A stretch of DNA of 64,000 bases, taken from Bdellovibrionales bacterium. GTDB taxonomy: Bacteria; Bdellovibrionota; Bdellovibrionia; Bdellovibrionales; JAGQZY01. Positions 58,705 to 64,000 of the stretch are shown one piece after another (position 1 is the first letter of the stretch; every line of letters starts with the position of its first letter). A model generated the notes under the pieces. The model saw only the letters and a list, made by a program, of their open reading frames with translations, was not told the origin of the DNA and did no database searches. The position numbers were made by a program, and so were the translations under genes. The stretch covers positions 768,001 to 832,000 of the forward strand of contig CAXRHT010000002.1 in assembly GCA_964230645.1 (NCBI GenBank), in the 5' to 3' direction.

Positions 58705-59574
58705 ATGAGCGAAAAACAAGATTGGTTTGAAGAAACCCATGAAAATATAGCCCTAAGGTTTCGCCTCAAGGAAAGACTCTTTGATGAGAAAAGTGATTTT
58801 CAGAGGGTGGAAGTGGTCGAGACCCAAGAGCACGGCAAACTTCTCGCTCACGATGGTATGATCATGGTGACCGAAAGAGACGAATTCGTTTATCACGATA
58901 TGATCACTCATGTCCCTATGTTTACCCACCCCAATCCTAAGAATGTCCTGGTCATTGGAGGAGGAGATGGCGGAACAGTTAGGGAAGTTTTAAAACATCC
59001 CAGTGTTGAAAAAGTCACTATGGTTGAAATTGATTCCGTTGTGGTTGAGGCCAGCAAAAAGTATATCCCTCAGACCGCTGGAAAACTCGAAGATCAAAAG
59101 GTGACTTTAAAAATTGCCGATGGTGTGGATTTTATGAAAAACTCTCAAGAGACCTTTGATGTGATTATCGTGGACTCCTCTGAGCCCATTGGTCCTGCCA
59201 CACCTCTTTTTAATATTGATTTTTATAAAGACGTAGAAGCTCGTCTTTCTGATAATGGAATCGTGGTCTCTCAAGGAGAGTCCCCTTATTACGATATGAA
59301 AATGCAAAAAGTCCTAGTGAATATTCTTAAAGAGGTTTTCCCAAAAGTTCACATCTACAACTATTGTAACATGAGTTACCCCAGTGGTCTTTGGTCTTTT
59401 ACTTATGCCTCAAAAGGTCTTTGCCCCTTGAAAGACTTCGATCCCTCCCGAGTTCATGGAAATTTTGAGTACTACAACCCACAAATTCATTGGGGCTCAT
59501 TTATGATTCCTGAGTTTATGAAAAAAGAGCATGGCAGCTCCTTGACACCACTACCCACACCCTCATGGACTTAA
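58705..59574 (+). CDS. speE: Polyamine aminopropyltransferase (spermidine synthase)
   Basis: DEFVYHDM, VLVIGGGDGG, MVEID and DVIIVDSSEP. Confidence 0.96.
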   Translation: MSEKQDWFEETHENIALRFRLKERLFDEKSDFQRVEVVETQEHGKLLAHDGMIMVTERDEFVYHDMITHVPMFTHPNPKNVLVIGGGDGGTVREVLKHPSVEKVTMVEIDSVVVEASKKYIPQTAGKLEDQKVTLKIADGVDFMKNSQETFDVIIVDSSEPIGPATPLFNIDFYKDVEARLSDNGIVVSQGESPYYDMKMQKVLVNILKEVFPKVHIYNYCNMSYPSGLWSFTYASKGLCPLKDFDPSRVHGNFEYYNPQIHWGSFMIPEFMKKEHGSSLTPLPTPSWT

Positions 59575-60248
59575 AGACACTTGAAATCGACGGACATAAT
59601 TATTCTTGCGATGACCTGATTAAAACTCTTAAGGAACAAGTCCTACCACAGAGGCTAGAGCGCATTCAGTCGGTCATTGATCAGCGAAGTAAGCAGGTTG
59701 TGACGGTGATGGAAAATATCTACGACCGAGGTAATACCAGTGCTGTGATGAGGAGTGCCGAGGCCTTCGGTTTTTTTCAGTTCCACCACATCGTTCAAAG
59801 TGACGAATTTAAAGAATCAAAGCGTGTGACCCAAGGAGCTGACAAATGGCTCATTCAAAAAACTTGGGATCAGACCGATGCGTGTGTGGATGCTTTAAAA
59901 GAGCAAGGCTACAAGATCTATGTCACTCATCTTGAGGGTGGCACCCCACTTCCTGAGGTCTCCTTTGATGAACCGGTAGCCCTTTGTTTTGGAAATGAAA
60001 AGTTGGGGGCAAGTCCCCGCTTAACCGCGAGAGCTGATGAGAAAGTCTTTATTCCCATGAAAGGTTTTGTACAGAGCTTTAATATCTCGGTTGCAGCGGC
60101 TTTAGCCTTTCAATGGGCGGATCTTCACGGAGGAGACAAAGGCTGGGCTCAGCTTTCTGATGAGGAGCGTCAACATCTGCTCGCTCTCTACCTGTTTAGA
60201 AGCTGTAAAAACCCTAAACTCCCCACTCCTCGGGCTCCAAAGAAATAG
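59565..60248 (+). CDS. trmH: TrmH/SpoU family RNA 2'-O-methyltransferase
   Basis: NTSAVMRSAEAFG, GADKW, FGNEKLG and IPMKGFVQSFNISVA. Confidence 0.85.
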   Translation: MDLKTLEIDGHNYSCDDLIKTLKEQVLPQRLERIQSVIDQRSKQVVTVMENIYDRGNTSAVMRSAEAFGFFQFHHIVQSDEFKESKRVTQGADKWLIQKTWDQTDACVDALKEQGYKIYVTHLEGGTPLPEVSFDEPVALCFGNEKLGASPRLTARADEKVFIPMKGFVQSFNISVAAALAFQWADLHGGDKGWAQLSDEERQHLLALYLFRSCKNPKLPTPRAPKK

Positions 60249-60368
60249 CGCAAAACTCCAACACAGTCGTGACAAATGGGCGGGGTCGTTATAAGCCTAT
60301 GACATTATTGAATCTTATAGAGTCATGGCTTTTGTTATTAACAATGAAAGTCGGCTTGGGAGGGTGAT

Positions 60369-61553
60369 GTGACAGATCAAGCTGATTTATTTAATCCAAC
60401 CGAAGAGCACCAAATGTTGCGTGAGACCATCAGACAGTGGGTCGCCGCGGAGGTGGAACCTCAGGCCTTAGAATACGATCGCAATGAAAAATTCAATCTC
60501 GAACTTTTTCGAAAATTAGGAGAACTAGGGCTTCTTGGCATTACCGTTCCCGAAGAGTTTGGAGGCACAGGCCTTGGCGCTACAGCCGCAGTGATCGCTC
60601 ACGAGGAAATTTCCTATTCAGATCCGGGTTTTTGTTTGGCCTATTTGGCTCACTCCATGCTTTGCGTGAACAATATGGCCGCCCATGCTTCAAAAGAGCA
60701 AAAAGAAAAATACCTTCCAAAACTCTGCAGTGGTGAATGGGTCGGTGCCATGGCCATGAGTGAGGCCAACTACGGAACTGACGTTCTCGGCATGGAGACC
60801 ACGGCCAAAAAAGAGGGCGATCATTATGTACTTAACGGTTCAAAAATGTGGATCACCAACGGCTGTGTTGATGACAATGGCACTCCGGGCGATGTTGTTT
60901 GGGTGTACGCCAAAACAGGAGAAAAATCGGGTAAAGCTCAAATCTCTACTTTTATTGTGGAAAAAGATTTTGAGGGCTTTTCAGTCGGACAAAAAATTAT
61001 GGATAAACTTGGCATGCGTGGCTCAAACACCGCTGAACTTGTTTTTGATAACTGCAAAGTTCCCGCTGAGAATCTCGTAGGCGCTGAGGGTGAGTCCGCT
61101 TCTCATATGATGAGAAACCTGGAGATTGAAAGAGTGACCTTAGCCGCCATGGCTTTAGGGATTGCAAAACGTTGTGTGGATGTGATGAACAAATACGGCA
61201 ACGAAAGACAATCCTTTGGTCAGCCCATCACTCGTTACGGTCAAATTCAAAAAATGATCGCTGAGAGTTATGCTCAATTTCAGGCATCAAGATGTTACGT
61301 CTACAATACCGCCCGCATGCTTAAGATTGATGGCAGCGGTAACCGCATTGATTCCGATGGAGTGAAGCTTGTCGCCACCCCTATGGCCAAACAAGTGGCT
61401 GACAATGCCATCCAAGTCTTAGGAGGCTACGGCTACGTTGGTGAGTATGTGGTCGAACGCCTGTGGAGAGACGCTAAACTTCTAGAAATCGGTGGTGGAA
61501 CACTTGAAGCCCATCAAAAAAACATCACCAACGATCTTAGAAAACAGCTTTAG
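60369..61553 (+). CDS. Acyl-CoA dehydrogenase (isovaleryl-CoA dehydrogenase-like)
   Basis: YLAHSMLCVN, AMSE, GSKMWITNG, KLGMRGSNT.EL and RLWRDAKLLEIGGGT. Confidence 0.92.
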   Translation: MTDQADLFNPTEEHQMLRETIRQWVAAEVEPQALEYDRNEKFNLELFRKLGELGLLGITVPEEFGGTGLGATAAVIAHEEISYSDPGFCLAYLAHSMLCVNNMAAHASKEQKEKYLPKLCSGEWVGAMAMSEANYGTDVLGMETTAKKEGDHYVLNGSKMWITNGCVDDNGTPGDVVWVYAKTGEKSGKAQISTFIVEKDFEGFSVGQKIMDKLGMRGSNTAELVFDNCKVPAENLVGAEGESASHMMRNLEIERVTLAAMALGIAKRCVDVMNKYGNERQSFGQPITRYGQIQKMIAESYAQFQASRCYVYNTARMLKIDGSGNRIDSDGVKLVATPMAKQVADNAIQVLGGYGYVGEYVVERLWRDAKLLEIGGGTLEAHQKNITNDLRKQL

Positions 61554-61696
61554 TTAGATGAAAGCCTGTGGGCTGTTAATATTTTAGACAGTTCAACGGC
61601 TCTCAGTTTTCTCAGATTTAGAGGTCCTGTAATATCTTCAGGCTTCAACCTAAGAGTGAAAAAATGGCTTCAACTCATTAGATACCATGATAAAAG

Positions 61697-62890
61697 ATGA
61701 TCATGAAAACTTATCAAACACTACTCACGTTGCTATTCGTTTCTTTTACTTTAACCTCAAACGCGGCTCCGGCTGACTTCGTTTCAACACCTCTTTTCTT
61801 TCAGCAGGCGTTGCAAGACTACAACCGCGAAATTAACCAAAACAGTATAGAGCTTTCCGAAGATCTAAGTGAGATCTCGGAAGTGAAGAAGAACAACTTT
61901 AAGGCGAAAGCCACTGTGCAAAATACCTTAGAAGCTGAGTACCAGACTTACCTTGTTGAATTTGAATTGAACCAACACAAGGTGCAGTGTCTCGGGGCCG
62001 TCTTTCCCATTGATCATAGCATTATGCGCACAGAGCAAGGCCAAGACTTTCAAAACCGTTCCGGTATGGTCTACTTGAGTGAGTGCGATGTGACTTTTGC
62101 AGAAAACAACGAAAATTTTCCGCCGAATTTTGAAATTAAACAGTTCATTGCTTTTCCAAAGGTTGAGAGTTTACCGATTGCCGCAGGGTCAAGTCTTGAG
62201 CGTTTTCATTTAACCAAAGAAGTGGTGGCCGAAGACAAGATATTTCAGTGTATTAGTTCAGACCTAAACGCGTTTGAAATGCCGAGGAATTCAGTTTCTG
62301 TCTACAACACCGAGGAACATTACGCCGTCGGTATACACGTAGCCTCCTCAGCGACCGATTTTGACACCATAGACATTCCAGTCAATGTGGCAGAAATTGA
62401 CCTGGGTTCTATTGAATGGGTAAAGGATAACATTAATTTTTTTACAAGCCTGGGTTCAGAGGGCTCTTCAGCCTTTAATGTCGTTTTTAAAAAGGAAGAT
62501 TGTCGCATAGTAGGTCCTGAGGACACTGTAACCGTGATGCAATGTCGCCTCGACATTCCCAATCCCGAAAATAGAGTTAAGAAAATTGAACGTGTTGTTT
62601 TTAATTTTGAAACTCAGGGCGTGACAAAACCGCGATTGGTTAATTCTGGCGAAGAAAGTGAAATTACTTTTGAAAACACGATGTTTCACAAAGTGAATGT
62701 GGAATTCATCGTGAATGAACCCAATAAATACCATCCAATATTTGAAAAAACAGTTTATCGTAACAGCCTTGAGTATTGGAGAAGTAGTGAGAAGGGACAC
62801 GAGTGTCGCTTCAAGAGTGAGCTCCCCAAGCCTCCTCAACAAGTGACCCCTTCGTCCTCACCTTATAGCAACGCAAGCTTTGATCTATAA
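61697..62890 (+). CDS. Exported hypothetical protein
   Basis: Signal peptide ending SNA; acidic and beta-rich; no motif recognised. Confidence 0.7.
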   Translation: MIMKTYQTLLTLLFVSFTLTSNAAPADFVSTPLFFQQALQDYNREINQNSIELSEDLSEISEVKKNNFKAKATVQNTLEAEYQTYLVEFELNQHKVQCLGAVFPIDHSIMRTEQGQDFQNRSGMVYLSECDVTFAENNENFPPNFEIKQFIAFPKVESLPIAAGSSLERFHLTKEVVAEDKIFQCISSDLNAFEMPRNSVSVYNTEEHYAVGIHVASSATDFDTIDIPVNVAEIDLGSIEWVKDNINFFTSLGSEGSSAFNVVFKKEDCRIVGPEDTVTVMQCRLDIPNPENRVKKIERVVFNFETQGVTKPRLVNSGEESEITFENTMFHKVNVEFIVNEPNKYHPIFEKTVYRNSLEYWRSSEKGHECRFKSELPKPPQQVTPSSSPYSNASFDL

Positions 62891-62907
62891 AGCTCAAAGG
62901 CTTTTGC

Positions 62908-63600
62908 TTATTTCTTATCGGGTAAACTTTTAAAACCCATCCATATTCCCCAAAGTGTGCCACCAATATGGGCCCAATGTGCCACTCCAGTGCGTTGGCC
63001 AAGAGTGGCTGAAGCGATCAAGATTTCCCAGCCAAACTTCCACATCAAAGCGGCAAAGGCTGGTAGATGAATCCAAATATAAAAAAAGAAAAGCATATAG
63101 GTGATCTGACGTTTTGGAAAGCGCACAAGGTAGTAGCCTAAAAGGGCCGAAATCCCCGCACTCGCGCCTACAAGAGGGATATAATATTGCCCTGATAAAA
63201 GAGTGTGCAAAAGTAAACCAAGAATGTGCCCACCAAAAATCAACTTAAAAAATCCGATGAGGTTGGTATCGTCCTCAACGTCATCGCCAAAAACATAGAA
63301 ATAGTAAACATTCCCCAGCAAGTGCATCCAGCTGGCGTGTATAAAAAAAGAGGTAAAGACTGTGAGGAAATATTTTCGGTAAACAAAACGAGGAATAAAT
63401 CCCCACTCCTCAACAAAAAGTGCTAAATTATTAAGACTGGCAATGAAATGAATGGCCGCCATCAATGTAATAGAAATGACAATTAAGAAGGGATGATCAA
63501 TTTTTCGTTTTCGTGTTTCAATGGGAAGACCCAAAAGGCCGGCTAGAAACACTTGAACACGCTGGGGCCAGCCCGTGGTAATAAGGGGTTTAGTTCCCAT
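62908..63600 (-). CDS. Rhomboid family intramembrane serine protease
   Basis: HASWMHLLGN, catalytic GASAG and AHWAHIGG. Confidence 0.93.
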   Translation of the reverse strand: MGTKPLITTGWPQRVQVFLAGLLGLPIETRKRKIDHPFLIVISITLMAAIHFIASLNNLALFVEEWGFIPRFVYRKYFLTVFTSFFIHASWMHLLGNVYYFYVFGDDVEDDTNLIGFFKLIFGGHILGLLLHTLLSGQYYIPLVGASAGISALLGYYLVRFPKRQITYMLFFFYIWIHLPAFAALMWKFGWEILIASATLGQRTGVAHWAHIGGTLWGIWMGFKSLPDKK

Positions 63601-64000
63601 CTTTTCGCCACACCTCAAACTCAATAACACCTCTTAAGAAGGCCTTTTTGTAATAAGACTTCTCGTAGGCTTCAAGACTGTGCTCCAGTCGATCGATGGA
63701 AAATACATCGGAGAAGATATTCTCTTTTTGAAAAATAATGTCTTCTTCTAAAATCACGGCAGTATGTGTGGACTCGCCATGGGGACGCCAAACTCTCTTC
63801 GGGACATGGTTCTCAACAATATCCCACCGTCTTTCTCCTACGGCTAAAAACACCAGAAGATCACCAGGCAAAAGGTTTTCATCCAAATTTATGGAATAGT
63901 GATTGGATTTAAGAGCCTCTATAACTTCAAAAATTCCCAAGTATCGATGCTCACTTTCATTAAAGAGCCCTAAAAAGTTACTCGCACCCCAGAAGCAGTT
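63590..64000 (-). CDS. 5'-truncated protein with NlpC/P60- or papain-like Cys-His motifs
   Basis: The frame is open to the window edge; 64000-63941 translates NCFWGASNFLGLFNESEHRY, followed by PGDLLVF ... HTAVIL ... FQK. Confidence 0.6.
   Translation of the reverse strand, partial: NCFWGASNFLGLFNESEHRYLGIFEVIEALKSNHYSINLDENLLPGDLLVFLAVGERRWDIVENHVPKRVWRPHGESTHTAVILEEDIIFQKENIFSDVFSIDRLEHSLEAYEKSYYKKAFLRGVIEFEVWRKDGN

Overview
This is a gene-dense bacterial chromosome segment with about 68 CDS and one tRNA-Arg(UCG). It is probably from a Bdellovibrionota-like organism, inferred from an FQNC-type lipoprotein, tandem N-terminal-twitch radical SAM enzymes and many exported hydrolases. Most genes are housekeeping: orn, ahcY, map, ettA, bolA, cls, a UvrD/Rep helicase, fumC, two Dus enzymes, grxC, purK, purE, crcB, fur, slyD, speD, speE, a TrmH-family methylase and an acyl-CoA dehydrogenase. 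The most striking unexplained signal is non-coding. Three dispersed intergenic long-hairpin elements of about 180 bp (6697-6876 +, 21334-21517 -, 57519-57700 +) share a core of exactly 78 nt. The core shows compensatory base changes, conserved G.A mismatches and a C-(G/A)NA-G triloop. Each core is clamped by a 38-52 bp inverted repeat whose sequence differs from copy to copy. Other points of interest are a second short REP-like palindrome family, sigma28-like promoters 6 nt before start codons, a histone-H1-like/SWIB protein, a signal-peptide-bearing PD-(D/E)xK nuclease-like protein, an RluA-methyltransferase fusion and a eukaryote-type AdoMet decarboxylase. I saw no CRISPR array, transposase, integrase, reverse transcriptase or phage genes. 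All calls come from motif recognition by eye, and no database searches were run.
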